Assembly: GCA_036379875.1 (NCBI GenBank)
Contig: DASVFV010000116.1
Coordinates: 9,933-73,932 of the forward strand
Length of the DNA: 64,000 bases
Reading direction: 5' to 3'
From: Burkholderiales bacterium
Lineage (GTDB): Bacteria > Pseudomonadota > Gammaproteobacteria > Burkholderiales > SG8-39
Shown piece by piece: positions 19,129 through 28,222 of this stretch. Made by a program: the position numbers and the translations under genes. The first letter of the stretch is position 1; every line of letters begins with the position of its first letter. The notes beneath the pieces were generated by a model. That model searched no databases. It was not told the DNA's origin and worked only from the letters and a program-made list of their open reading frames with translations.

Positions 19129-20248
19129 AGGCAGTGGCGCGCTTGGGACCTTCCTTGGCGATCGCTGCGTTCACCCGCGGCATGACCTGCTCGGCCATGA
19201 GCTGCATGGAGCGCTTGCTGAGCCCGGGATCGACCCAGTCCATGCCGGCGTAGACCAGCTCGCCGAAATCGCCGACCTGCTCGCGCAAGGCGAGGAGCTG
19301 GTCGACCACCTTGTTCACCGTGCCGTAGATGCACAGGCGATCGAGCACGAATTCGTAGGTGATCTCGCTGTCGGGCTGGTCCATGCGCTCCTTGAACACC
19401 GCGTGGCGGCCGGCCTTGGTGAGCTTGGTCTGGAGCTGCTTGTAATAGAAGCGGTACGGGCTGTTCGCGTCATGGCGGCCGTAGGACGCCGCGACCTTGT
19501 CGTCGTCGGCGACGAAAATGGTGCGCGCCACGCGCCACTCGGCGGGGTCGGGCTTCACGCCCGCCTTGGTCTTGCCCTCGGCGTAGTTCGTCCAGTGCGT
19601 CTTCAGCCAGTGCGGCAGCAGGAAGTTCGCCGACAGCGGATGGAAGTCGCGCTCGCCCATCGCCACCACGCCCTTCGAGAACGGCGCCACCACGGTGCCG
19701 ACGATCTCGGGGCGCGGCTTCTGGTAGGGCTTGGGCATCACGCCCACGCCGTAGGCGAGGTCCATGGTCTTGCGCGTGGTGACCTTCCAGCGGTTGCCCG
19801 GCAGGTCGATGTCATAGGGCGGCGTGCCTTCCCAGATCCTCAGGATCACGTCGATCGACTCGGCGAACATCTTGTTGCGGTCCTCGTCGAGGATGCCGAG
19901 CGCCTCGGCGTCCGACACCAGCGCGCCCGGGCTCACGCCGAGGATGAAGCGGCCCTCCGCGAGGTGGTCGAACATCGCGGCGTTGGCCGCGATCACGGCC
20001 GGGTGGATCTGCGACAGGTTGCAGGTGCCGCTCGCGAGCTTGATGCGCTTCGTCGAGTGGATGAGCGTGGCGAGGAAGAGCAGCGAGTTGGTGATGTTCT
20101 CGGCCTGGTCGGTGAGGTGCTCGCCGATGAACGCGTCGTGGAAGCCGAGCTGGTCGGCGAGGATCACCGTCTCGCGGTCTTCCTTCAGCGTTTCGGTGTG
20201 GTTCCGGTGCAGCGGGTGCACCGGCATCATGAATATGCCGAGCTTCAT
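19127..20248 (-). CDS. LLM-class flavin-dependent oxidoreductase (luciferase-like monooxygenase)
   Basis: ORF track 19127..20386, trimmed to Met47 (MKLGIFMMPVHP...). The protein has the typical luciferase-like TIM-barrel N-terminus and length (373 aa). Confidence 0.8.
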   Translation of the reverse strand: MKLGIFMMPVHPLHRNHTETLKEDRETVILADQLGFHDAFIGEHLTDQAENITNSLLFLATLIHSTKRIKLASGTCNLSQIHPAVIAANAAMFDHLAEGRFILGVSPGALVSDAEALGILDEDRNKMFAESIDVILRIWEGTPPYDIDLPGNRWKVTTRKTMDLAYGVGVMPKPYQKPRPEIVGTVVAPFSKGVVAMGERDFHPLSANFLLPHWLKTHWTNYAEGKTKAGVKPDPAEWRVARTIFVADDDKVAASYGRHDANSPYRFYYKQLQTKLTKAGRHAVFKERMDQPDSEITYEFVLDRLCIYGTVNKVVDQLLALREQVGDFGELVYAGMDWVDPGLSKRSMQLMAEQVMPRVNAAIAKEGPKRATA

Positions 20249-20255
20249 GCGGGCG

Positions 20256-20265
20256 ATTCTATACT
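20256..20265. promoter_or_regulatory. overlapping divergent -10-like hexamers in a 24-bp intergenic spacer
   Basis: On the plus strand, TATACT (20260-20265) lies 7 nt before the mnmC ATG. On the minus strand, TAGAAT (20261-20256) lies 7 nt before the LLM ATG. Neither gene has an SD. Confidence 0.4.
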
Positions 20266-20272
20266 CGGCGCC

Positions 20273-22042
20273 ATGGCCGAAGCGCTCGTCCGGGCGAGAC
20301 TGGCGTTCCAGGAAGGCACCCCGTACTCCGAGGCCTACGGCGACGTCTATCACAGCGCGGCGGGCGGGGTGGCGCAGGCCGAGCATGTCTTTTTAAAAGG
20401 CAATGGCCTTCCGGGCCGATGGGCCGGGCGCGAGCGCTTCGTGATCCTCGAGACCGGCTTCGGCTTCGGGCTCAACTTCCTCGCCACCTGGCGCGCCTGG
20501 AAACGCGACCCGGCGCGCTGCGCGCGGCTCCATTACGTGGCGATCGACAAGCACCCGTTCGCGCTCGAAGACCTGCAGGTCCTGCACGAAAGATTCGGCT
20601 TCGCGGAAGCGGCCGAGCTCCATTCGCGCTGGCCAATCCTCGTACCCGGCGCGCACCGCCTGGAGCTCGATGGCGGCAACGTGGTGCTCACCCTCTTTTT
20701 CTCCGACGTGGCTGTCGCGCGTGACCTGCGACTGCGAGCGGACGCCTTCTACCTCGACGGCTTCGCGCCGGCGAAGAACCCCGAGATGTGGACGCCGCAG
20801 CTCCTGCGCTCGCTCTCGCGCCTCGCCGCGCCCGGCGCCACCGCCGCGACATGGAGCGTGGCGAGCTCCGTTCGCTCCGCGCTCGAGGCAACCGGATTTG
20901 CCGTCGAGAAGCGCCCCGGCTTCGGCCATAAGAAGGAGATGCTTTTCGCTCGCTTGGTACGCGAGGGTGCCCCATCCGTTTTCCTCGAAAGAAGAGCAGT
21001 CGTGGTCGGCGCAGGACTCGCGGGCGCAGCGGTTTGCGAGCGTTTGTGCGCGCGCGGCTGGGAGGTCGAGCTATGCGAGCGCCACGCCGAGCCGGCACAG
21101 GAAGCGTCCGGGAACCACGCGGGCACCTTTCATCCCATCGTCACGCCCGACGACAGCGTTTTCGCCCGGCTGACAAGGGTTGCTTTTCTCCACTCACTGA
21201 GGAGATGGTCTGGTCTTGAAAACCTACGTTGGGATCCATGCGGCGTGCTGCAGCTTGCGCGCGATGCGAAGGAAGAAGCCTCGCAGCGCGCCGCCCTGTC
21301 GGCGCTCGGCCTGCCGCCCGAGTACGCGCAGTACGTGAGCCGCGAGGAGGCGAGCGCGCATGCCGGGGTGCCGGTGTCGGCGCCCGGGCTCTGGTTCCCG
21401 CAGGCGGGCTGGATCCAGCCGCGCTCGCTGGTGCACGCACTTCTCGACGCTTGCGGGAACAGATTGAAAGCTCACTATGGGAAAGAGCTTTCTGCGTTGC
21501 CCGATGCGACGGTCATCCTCGCCAACTCGGCCGAGGCGCCGAAGCTGCAAGCGGTGCCGCACCTGCGCCTGCGCAGGGTGCGCGGCCAGGCGACGTACGT
21601 GCGCGCGGAGGAAATCGATGCGCCGCACGTCGTGGTGCTGCGCGGCGGCATGGTGCTGCCGCCGGTCGACGGCGTATGCGTAGTGGGCGCGAGCTACGAC
21701 ATCGACGACGAGGACGCCGCCCCGCGCGCCGAGAGCGACGCGGGGAACATGGAGCGCCTGCAGAATATTCTTCCAGGAAGTTCGATTCCTCGAAAATTCG
21801 AAAACCGCGTCGCCTTCCGCTCGGTCACGCCGGACCGGCTGCCGGTCGCGGGCGAAATCGCGCCCGGCGTCTACGGCGCGTTCGCGTACGGCTCGCGCGG
21901 CCTGATCTGGGCGGCGCTCGCGGCGGAATTGCTCGCCGCGCGGCTGGAAGGCGAGCCGCTGCCGCTCGAAGGCAAGCTCGCCGACGCGATGGATCCGCTG
22001 CGCTTTGCTAGGCGCGCACGATCGCGGCGCTCGCTTCCTTGA
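20273..22042 (+). CDS. mnmC: bifunctional tRNA (mnm5s2U34) methyltransferase / FAD-dependent cmnm5s2U34 oxidoreductase
   Basis: This is the in-frame tail of ORF 18386..22042, from the ATG at 20273. The N-terminal methyltransferase domain reads EAYGDVYHS...FVILETGFGFGLNFL...DAFYLDGFAPAKNPEMW. The C-terminal DAO-type FAD domain carries VVVGAGLAGAAV. Confidence 0.9.
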   Translation: MAEALVRARLAFQEGTPYSEAYGDVYHSAAGGVAQAEHVFLKGNGLPGRWAGRERFVILETGFGFGLNFLATWRAWKRDPARCARLHYVAIDKHPFALEDLQVLHERFGFAEAAELHSRWPILVPGAHRLELDGGNVVLTLFFSDVAVARDLRLRADAFYLDGFAPAKNPEMWTPQLLRSLSRLAAPGATAATWSVASSVRSALEATGFAVEKRPGFGHKKEMLFARLVREGAPSVFLERRAVVVGAGLAGAAVCERLCARGWEVELCERHAEPAQEASGNHAGTFHPIVTPDDSVFARLTRVAFLHSLRRWSGLENLRWDPCGVLQLARDAKEEASQRAALSALGLPPEYAQYVSREEASAHAGVPVSAPGLWFPQAGWIQPRSLVHALLDACGNRLKAHYGKELSALPDATVILANSAEAPKLQAVPHLRLRRVRGQATYVRAEEIDAPHVVVLRGGMVLPPVDGVCVVGASYDIDDEDAAPRAESDAGNMERLQNILPGSSIPRKFENRVAFRSVTPDRLPVAGEIAPGVYGAFAYGSRGLIWAALAAELLAARLEGEPLPLEGKLADAMDPLRFARRARSRRSLP

Positions 22043-23144
22043 CGTCGCGGATGCCGCAAAGCGCCATGCTCACGTCGAGCTCGGCGCGGATCAGCTCGAG
22101 CGCACGCGTCACGCCCGCCTCGCCCATCGCGCCCAGGCCGTAGGCGTAGGCGCGGCCGATCATGGTGGCGTCGGCGCCGAGCGCGAGGGCCTTGAGCACG
22201 TCCTGGCCGCCGCGGATGCCGCCGTCGAACCACACTTCGATCTTCTTCTGCACCGCCTCGACGATTTCCGGCAGCGCGCGGATCGAGGAGATCGCGCCGT
22301 CGAGCTGCCGGCCGCCGTGATTGGACACCACGATCGCGTCGACGCCCGACTGCGCGGCGATCCTGGCGTCTTCGGGGTCGAGGATGCCCTTGAGGACCAG
22401 CTTGCCGCCCCAGAGCTTCTTCACCCACTCCACGTCCTGCCACGACAGCGTCGGATCGAACTGCCCGGCGATCCACTGGCCGAGCGTGGTGAGGCTCTTC
22501 GCGTCCGGAATGCGGCCCTCCAGGTTGCCGAACGACTTGCGCTTGCCGGTGAGCACGTTGAACACCCAGCCGGGCTTGCGCGCCACGTCCCACAGCGTCG
22601 CGGCCGTGAGCCGCGGCGGCACGGTCAGGCCGTTGATCAGGTCGCGGTGGCGCTGGCCCTGGATCTGCAGGTCGAGCGTCATCACCAGCGCCGAGCAGTT
22701 CGCCGCCCTGGCGCGCTCGATGAGCGAGGCGGCGAAGCCGCGGTCGCGCATCACGTAGAGCTGGAACCAGAACGGCTTGCGCACCGCGTCGGCCACGTCC
22801 TCGATCGAGCAGATCGACATGGTGGAGAGCGTGAACGGCACGCCGAACTTGTGCGCGGCTCGGGCAGCGAGGATCTCGCCGTCCGCCCAGTTGAGCCCGG
22901 TCAGGCCGACCGGCGCGAGCGCCACCGGCATCGCCACCGGCTCGCCGATCATGGTCGAGCGCGTCGAGCGCCGGTCGACGTCGATGCCGACGCGCTGGCG
23001 CAGCGCGAGCGACTCCAGGTCGGCGCGGTTGGCGCGCAGCGTGGCTTCGCTGTACGAGCCGCGGTCGACATAGTCGAAAATCGCGCGCGCGCAGCGCTTT
23101 TTCGAGATCTCGCGCAGGTCGTCGACGCACGTCACCACAGGCAT
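22008..23144 (-). CDS. lldD: FMN-dependent alpha-hydroxy-acid dehydrogenase (L-lactate dehydrogenase-like)
   Basis: ORF track 22008..23990, trimmed to the ATG at 23144 (MPVVTCVDDLREI...). LldD-like blocks are PVALAPVGL, FWFQLYV and KGILDPEDARIAAQSGVDAIVVSNHGGRQLDG. Confidence 0.8.
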   Translation of the reverse strand: MPVVTCVDDLREISKKRCARAIFDYVDRGSYSEATLRANRADLESLALRQRVGIDVDRRSTRSTMIGEPVAMPVALAPVGLTGLNWADGEILAARAAHKFGVPFTLSTMSICSIEDVADAVRKPFWFQLYVMRDRGFAASLIERARAANCSALVMTLDLQIQGQRHRDLINGLTVPPRLTAATLWDVARKPGWVFNVLTGKRKSFGNLEGRIPDAKSLTTLGQWIAGQFDPTLSWQDVEWVKKLWGGKLVLKGILDPEDARIAAQSGVDAIVVSNHGGRQLDGAISSIRALPEIVEAVQKKIEVWFDGGIRGGQDVLKALALGADATMIGRAYAYGLGAMGEAGVTRALELIRAELDVSMALCGIRDVKEASAAIVRA

Positions 23145-23151
23145 GCGGACG

Positions 23152-23171
23152 ATTCTACACGGCGCTAAAAT
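23152..23171. promoter_or_regulatory. divergent -10-like hexamers in a 36-bp spacer
   Basis: On the minus strand, TAGAAT (23157-23152) lies 7 nt before the lldD-like ATG. On the plus strand, TAAAAT (23166-23171) lies 9 nt before the iclR ATG. Neither gene has an SD. Confidence 0.35.
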
Positions 23172-23180
23172 GGCGCGACG

Positions 23181-23972
23181 ATGCCGGCCAACGACGAGCA
23201 GAAGAGCCCGATCCAGGTCATCGACCGCATGATGCGGCTGCTCGACGTGCTCGCGCAGCACCCCGAGCCGCTCGGCCTGAAGCAGATCTCGCAGTACACC
23301 GGGCTGCATCCCTCGACCGCGCACCGCATCCTCTCCTCGATGTCGGCCGACCGCATCGTCGACCGCGTGGAGCCCGGCAGCTACCGCCTCGGCATGCGCC
23401 TGCTCGAGCTCGGCAACCTGGTGAAGTCGCGCATCAGCGTGCGCGAGCTCGCGCTGCCGATGATGCGCGAGCTGCACGCGCAGACCGGCGAGACCGCCAA
23501 CCTCTCGGTGCGCCACGGCGACGAGATCGTGTACGTGGAGCGCACCTCGTCGGGCCGCTCGGCGATGCGCGTGGTGCACGTGATCGGCGCGCGCGCGCCG
23601 CTGCACGTCACCGCGGCGGGCAAGCTGTTCCTGCTCGAGGAAGGCTTCGCGCGGCTGCGCGACTACGCCAAGCGCACCGGGCTCGCCGCGCACACCCGGA
23701 ACACGCTCTCGAGCGTGCCGCTGCTCGAGAAGGAGCTCGAGCGCATCCAGCGCCAGGGCTGGGCCACCGACAACGAGGAAGCCGAGCTCGGCGTGCGCTG
23801 CGTCGCCGCCGGGATCCGCGACGACAACGGCACGCTGGTCGCGGCGCTGTCGCTCTCCACGCCGTCCGACCGCATGAAGGTGCAGTGGGGACCGCTGGTG
23901 AAGGAAACCGCCGAGCGCATCTCGCGCACCATCGGCCACCGCCCGCCGGCCGCGCGCATAGGGGCGCATTGA
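23181..23972 (+). CDS. IclR family transcriptional regulator
   Basis: 263 aa. An N-terminal wHTH (VIDRMMRLLDVLAQHPEPLGLKQISQYTGLHPSTAHRILSSM) is followed by an IclR effector domain. Confidence 0.9.
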   Translation: MPANDEQKSPIQVIDRMMRLLDVLAQHPEPLGLKQISQYTGLHPSTAHRILSSMSADRIVDRVEPGSYRLGMRLLELGNLVKSRISVRELALPMMRELHAQTGETANLSVRHGDEIVYVERTSSGRSAMRVVHVIGARAPLHVTAAGKLFLLEEGFARLRDYAKRTGLAAHTRNTLSSVPLLEKELERIQRQGWATDNEEAELGVRCVAAGIRDDNGTLVAALSLSTPSDRMKVQWGPLVKETAERISRTIGHRPPAARIGAH

Positions 23973-24376
23973 TGCGAGCAAGGCTCGCATTCATTGCAGC
24001 AATCCTCCTTGCAACACCGGCGCTGGCGCAATTCGCCAAAGTCACCGAGGGCGAGTCGCACATCGCCAGCGCGTTCACTTCCGGCGCCGATCCGAAGGTG
24101 CTGGCCGACGACGTGCGGCTCGGGCCGGTGCTGCGCCGCGAGCTGGGCGGCGCCGACGGCCGCAAGGTCTACGAGGCGCTGTTCGCGCGCGTGTCGGGCC
24201 GCACGCTCAAGGTCGACGTGCTGGCGCCCGCCGACGCGGCGCGCTACGCCAGGCTGGTCGGCAGCGCTGCGGAGCCGTTGATCCTGCTCGAGGCCGGCGA
24301 AGTGGCGCTTCTCCTGCAATACGCGCAAAGCGCGCAGCACGTCACGTTCGTCGAGCAGCTGCCGGTCAGGCGCTGA
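23972..24376 (+). CDS. hypothetical secreted protein
   Basis: The ATG overlaps the iclR stop (TGATG). The signal peptide is MRARLAFIAAILLATPALAQ. No family was recognised. Confidence 0.55.
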   Translation: MRARLAFIAAILLATPALAQFAKVTEGESHIASAFTSGADPKVLADDVRLGPVLRRELGGADGRKVYEALFARVSGRTLKVDVLAPADAARYARLVGSAAEPLILLEAGEVALLLQYAQSAQHVTFVEQLPVRR

Positions 24377-25349
24377 GCCCGTAGAGGGCGAAAAGTCCCC
24401 GCCGGTCGGTCCAGACGCGCGGTGCGGCGAAGCCGGCGCGCGCGGCCAGCTCCGCGAATCCGTCCAGCGAATACTTGTAGGAATTCTCGGTATGGATCGT
24501 CTCGCCGGCACGGAACTGCCAGCGATGGTTGCCCACGCGCACGCGCTGGGCCTGCAGCGCGACGAGGTGCATCTCGATGCGGCCCGCGGCCGGGTTGTAG
24601 AACGCGTAGTGGCGCCATTGGCGCAGGTCGAAGTCGGCGCCGAGCTCGCGATTGATGCGCGCCAGCACGTTCAGGTTGAACGCCGCGGTCACGCCGCGCG
24701 CGTCGTTGTACGCGGCGTGCAGCACGGCCGGGTCCTTCTTCAGGTCGACGCCCACCAGCATGCGCGCCGCGATGCCGCGCGACATGGCGAGGAAGCCGTG
24801 CGCCTCCTCCACCGTGAGGTTGCCGATCGTCGAGCCGGGGAAATAGACCACGCTGCCGCTGGCGCGCCGCACCGGCAGGTGCAGCGGCCGCGAGAAGTCG
24901 CCGAGCACCGGGCGGATCTTCAGGCGCGGGAACTCGCGCGCCAGGCGCTGCGCCGAGGCGTCGAGCGCGTCCTGCGAGATGTCGATCGGCACGTACGCGG
25001 CGGGCCGCACCGCGCGGATCAGCAGGCGGCTCTTGATGCCCTCGCCGCTGCCGTACTCGATCAACTGGCAGCCGCGCCCCGCGAAGCGCGCGATCGCGGC
25101 GAGGTGGCGGCGCGTGAGCGCGAGCTCGGCGCGCGTCAGGTAGTACTCGGGAAGGCGGCAGATGCGCGCGAACAGGCGGCTGCCCGCGGCATCGTAGAAG
25201 TACTTGGGCGGGAGGGCCTTCTGCGGCGCCGAAAGTCCCGCGACGACGTCGTCGCGAAACCTCGCTAGCTCGAGCGGCCTGGCGCCGCGCCGCTCTCGAG
25301 CCACTTTTTGATGCGGTTCGCGTCGCCGATCCGCGAGTGCTTGCCCCAC
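24366..25349 (-). CDS. EgtD-family SAM-dependent methyltransferase (L-histidine N-alpha-methyltransferase-like)
   Basis: The hallmark PPKYFYDAAGSRLFARICRLPEYYLTRAE is present, together with the methyltransferase core and ENSYKY. The start is uncertain. An alternative GTG at 25304 would shorten the overlap with the upstream gene. Confidence 0.75.
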   Translation of the reverse strand: MGQALADRRREPHQKVARERRGARPLELARFRDDVVAGLSAPQKALPPKYFYDAAGSRLFARICRLPEYYLTRAELALTRRHLAAIARFAGRGCQLIEYGSGEGIKSRLLIRAVRPAAYVPIDISQDALDASAQRLAREFPRLKIRPVLGDFSRPLHLPVRRASGSVVYFPGSTIGNLTVEEAHGFLAMSRGIAARMLVGVDLKKDPAVLHAAYNDARGVTAAFNLNVLARINRELGADFDLRQWRHYAFYNPAAGRIEMHLVALQAQRVRVGNHRWQFRAGETIHTENSYKYSLDGFAELAARAGFAAPRVWTDRRGLFALYGLSA

Positions 25350-26140
25350 GAGTCGAGCAGCACCACGATCAGGTCCTTCTCGGCGAGGCGCACGTGCATC
25401 ACCAGGCAGCGCCCGGCCTCGCTGATGTAGCCGGTCTTGGACAGCTCGATGTCCCAGTACTTGGAGCGCACCAGGCCGTTGGTGTTGCCGTAGGCGAGCG
25501 ACTGGAAGCGCTTGCCCCAGCCGGCCTTGATGGTGGCGCGGTCGCGCGTCGAGAACTCGCGGATCACCGGGTACTCATGCGCGGCGCGCACCAGCCTGGC
25601 GAGGTCGCTCGCGGTCGAGACGTTGGCCGGCGAAAGCCCGGTCGGCTCGACGAAGCGCGTCTCGGTCATCTCGATCGCCGCGGCCTTGGTGTTCATCGCG
25701 TCGACGAACGCCTCGAGGCCGCCCGGGTAGGTGCGGCCGAGCGCGGCGGCGGCGCGGTTCTCGGAGGCCATCAGCGCGAGCAGCAGCAGGTCGCCGCGCG
25801 CGATGGAAAGCCCGCTGCGCAGGCGCGAGCGCGCGCCCTTCATCGCGATCGCGTCCTCGCGGTTGAGGACGATCTGCTCCTCGAGGTCGAGCCCGCTGTC
25901 GAGGATCACCATCGCGGTCATCAGCTTGGTGATCGAGGCGATCGGGGTCACGGTATCGGCGTTCTTGCCGAACACGATCTCGCCGGTCTCGGCGTCCTGC
26001 ACCAGCGCGGAGGCCGAGCGCAGCGCGATCTTGCGCACCTCGGGGTTTTGCGCCTGCGCGAAGCCGACGCTCAGGAAAAGCACGAGGACGAGCGCGCACA
26101 TGGCGACAATCCCCTCGAGCGGATGCAGTCTTCTTTGCAT
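25265..26140 (-). CDS. D-alanyl-D-alanine endopeptidase/carboxypeptidase (PBP7/PbpG-like, S11)
   Basis: ORF track 25265..26398, trimmed to Met87 (MQRRLHPLEGIVAMCALVLVLFL). SITK, SEN and KTG motifs are present. Confidence 0.85.
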   Translation of the reverse strand: MQRRLHPLEGIVAMCALVLVLFLSVGFAQAQNPEVRKIALRSASALVQDAETGEIVFGKNADTVTPIASITKLMTAMVILDSGLDLEEQIVLNREDAIAMKGARSRLRSGLSIARGDLLLLALMASENRAAAALGRTYPGGLEAFVDAMNTKAAAIEMTETRFVEPTGLSPANVSTASDLARLVRAAHEYPVIREFSTRDRATIKAGWGKRFQSLAYGNTNGLVRSKYWDIELSKTGYISEAGRCLVMHVRLAEKDLIVVLLDSWGKHSRIGDANRIKKWLESGAAPGRSS

Positions 26141-26334
26141 GGCGGTGAATCTTCTCCCTCGACCAGCGAATACTTTTCTTGGTTGTCCATGAACTGATCG
26201 GCCCATGAACGCGTCGCAGTTTAGCCTACGCCAGAAAAAAAGCGCAAGTAAAACATTGGCTAAGGCGGTATTCCAAGAAACTGCGTGAATTGGTTCACTG
26301 TCGGGCGCAGGCGTCGGCGGAGCGCCGAGCGAGC

Positions 26335-28146
26335 CTACTTCGCGGTCGCGCTCTCGAGGACCTGCTGCGCCTCGGCCTGCTGTTGCTGCAGCGCCCACAT
26401 GCGCGCGTATTCGCCTTTCAGCTCAAGCAATTGCACGTGGCTACCGCGTTCCACGACGCGCCCGCGCGCGAGCACCAGGATCTGGTCCGCGTCCATGACG
26501 GTGGAGAGGCGGTGAGCGATCACCAACGTGGTGCGGCCCTGCGAGATGCGCTCGAGCTCGGCCTGGATCGCTTTCTCGGCGCGCGAGTCGAGCGCGGAGG
26601 TCGCCTCGTCGAAGATCAGGATGCGCGGGTTCTTGAGCAGCGCGCGCGCGATCGCGACGCGCTGCTTCTCTCCGCCGGAAAGCTTCAGCCCTCGCTCGCC
26701 GACCTGGCTTTCGTAGCCCTTCGGTAACGAGGTGATGAAATCGTGGACGTGCGCCGCGCGCGCCGCTTCGTGCACCTCTGCATCGCTCGCGTCGGGGCGG
26801 CCGTAGCGGATGTTGTAGAGGATGGTGTCGTTGAAGAGCACCGTGTCCTGCGGCACGATGCCGATCGCCGCGCGCACGCTCGCCTGCTTCGCGTCGCGAA
26901 TGTCGAGGCCGTTGATGCGGATCGCGCCGCCCGAAACGTCGTAGAAACGATAAAGCAGCCGCGCGAGCGTCGACTTCCCCGATCCCGAATGCCCGACTAC
27001 CGCGACGCGGTGGCCGGCGGGAATGCTGAACGTCACGTCGAACAGGATCTGGCGCGCCTTCTCGTAGCTGAAATCCACCTCCCGGAAAGCGACCTCGAGG
27101 GGCCCGTCGGGCAACGGCACGGCACCGGGCTTGTCCTCCACCTCGCGGTGCGCGGCGAGCAGGCCGAACATGCGGTCCATGTCGAGCAGCGACTGCTTGA
27201 TCTCGCGGTACACCATGCCGAGGAAGTTGAGCGGAATGTAGAGCTGGATGAGCAGCCCGTTCACCAGCACCAGGTCGCCGATCGTGAAGCTCTTCCTCGC
27301 CACGCCGTCGGCCACCAGCACCATGAGCGCGGTGACCGCGACCGCGATCACGCCGCTTTGCCCGATGTTCAGCACGCCGAGCGAGGCCTCGTTCTTGGTC
27401 GCCGCGTCCTCGTACTTGTGCAGCTGCTCGTCGTAGCGGCGCGCCTCGAAGTCCTCGTTGCCGAAATACTTGACCGTCTCGTAGTTGAGCAGGCTGTCGA
27501 TGGCGCGCGTGTTGGCGCGCGAGTCGAGCTCGTTGGCGCGGCGGCGGATCTCCATGCGCCACTCGGTGACGATCACGGTGAACGTGATGTAGACCGCCAC
27601 GGCGCCGAAGGTGATGGCGGCGAAGCGCCAGTCGAACTTCGCGATCAGCACCCCCGCGACCAATGCGAACTCGAGGATGACCGGCAATATGGAAAAAATT
27701 AGATACGAGAGAAGAGTGGAAATGCCCCGGGTGCCGCGCTCGATGTCGCGCGTCATGCCGCCGGTCTGGCGCTCGAGGTGGAAGCGCAGGCTCAGGCTGT
27801 GCAGGTGGCGGAACACCCCGAGCGCGACGCGCCGGATCGCGCGCTGCGTGACGCGGATGAACACCACGTCGCGCAGCTCCTGGAACAGCGTGGTGGAGAA
27901 GCGCAGCAGGCCGTAGATGGCGAGCAGCGCGAACGGCACCGCGACCACCTGCACGCTGGGGTCGAGGTTGTCGACCACCTGCTTCATGATGAGCGGCACG
28001 CCGACGTTCGCGAGCTTGGCCGTTATCAGGAAAATCAAGGCGATAACGACGCGCCACTTGTATTCCCAGAGGTAGGGAAGGAGGGTCGCCACCGCCTTCC
28101 ACTCGTTGCCCCGCAGGCGCTGCGTGGGGGCCGAGCTATGTGCCAT
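26335..28146 (-). CDS. ABC transporter permease/ATP-binding fusion (Atm1/HMT1-type exporter)
   Basis: 603 aa with an N-terminal 6-TM domain. The C-terminal NBD carries GHSGSGKST, LSGGEKQRVAIARA and ILIFDEATSALD. The N-terminal LLPYLWEYKWRV pattern is typical of the Atm1-like family. Confidence 0.85.
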   Translation of the reverse strand: MAHSSAPTQRLRGNEWKAVATLLPYLWEYKWRVVIALIFLITAKLANVGVPLIMKQVVDNLDPSVQVVAVPFALLAIYGLLRFSTTLFQELRDVVFIRVTQRAIRRVALGVFRHLHSLSLRFHLERQTGGMTRDIERGTRGISTLLSYLIFSILPVILEFALVAGVLIAKFDWRFAAITFGAVAVYITFTVIVTEWRMEIRRRANELDSRANTRAIDSLLNYETVKYFGNEDFEARRYDEQLHKYEDAATKNEASLGVLNIGQSGVIAVAVTALMVLVADGVARKSFTIGDLVLVNGLLIQLYIPLNFLGMVYREIKQSLLDMDRMFGLLAAHREVEDKPGAVPLPDGPLEVAFREVDFSYEKARQILFDVTFSIPAGHRVAVVGHSGSGKSTLARLLYRFYDVSGGAIRINGLDIRDAKQASVRAAIGIVPQDTVLFNDTILYNIRYGRPDASDAEVHEAARAAHVHDFITSLPKGYESQVGERGLKLSGGEKQRVAIARALLKNPRILIFDEATSALDSRAEKAIQAELERISQGRTTLVIAHRLSTVMDADQILVLARGRVVERGSHVQLLELKGEYARMWALQQQQAEAQQVLESATAK

Positions 28147-28222
28147 AGGCCCGGATTATCGCAATGGATGCCCATCCAGGCGGCCGGGACTTCCGTATAG
28201 TCCGGCCGAAGGGAGAAAACAA

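Noticed and set aside
26141-26334. The 194-bp AT-rich intergenic region as a possible sRNA or riboswitch locus.
   Set aside because: I see no convincing promoter-plus-terminator pair or conserved riboswitch core. The region is adequately explained as the pbpG-like promoter plus the exporter 3' end.
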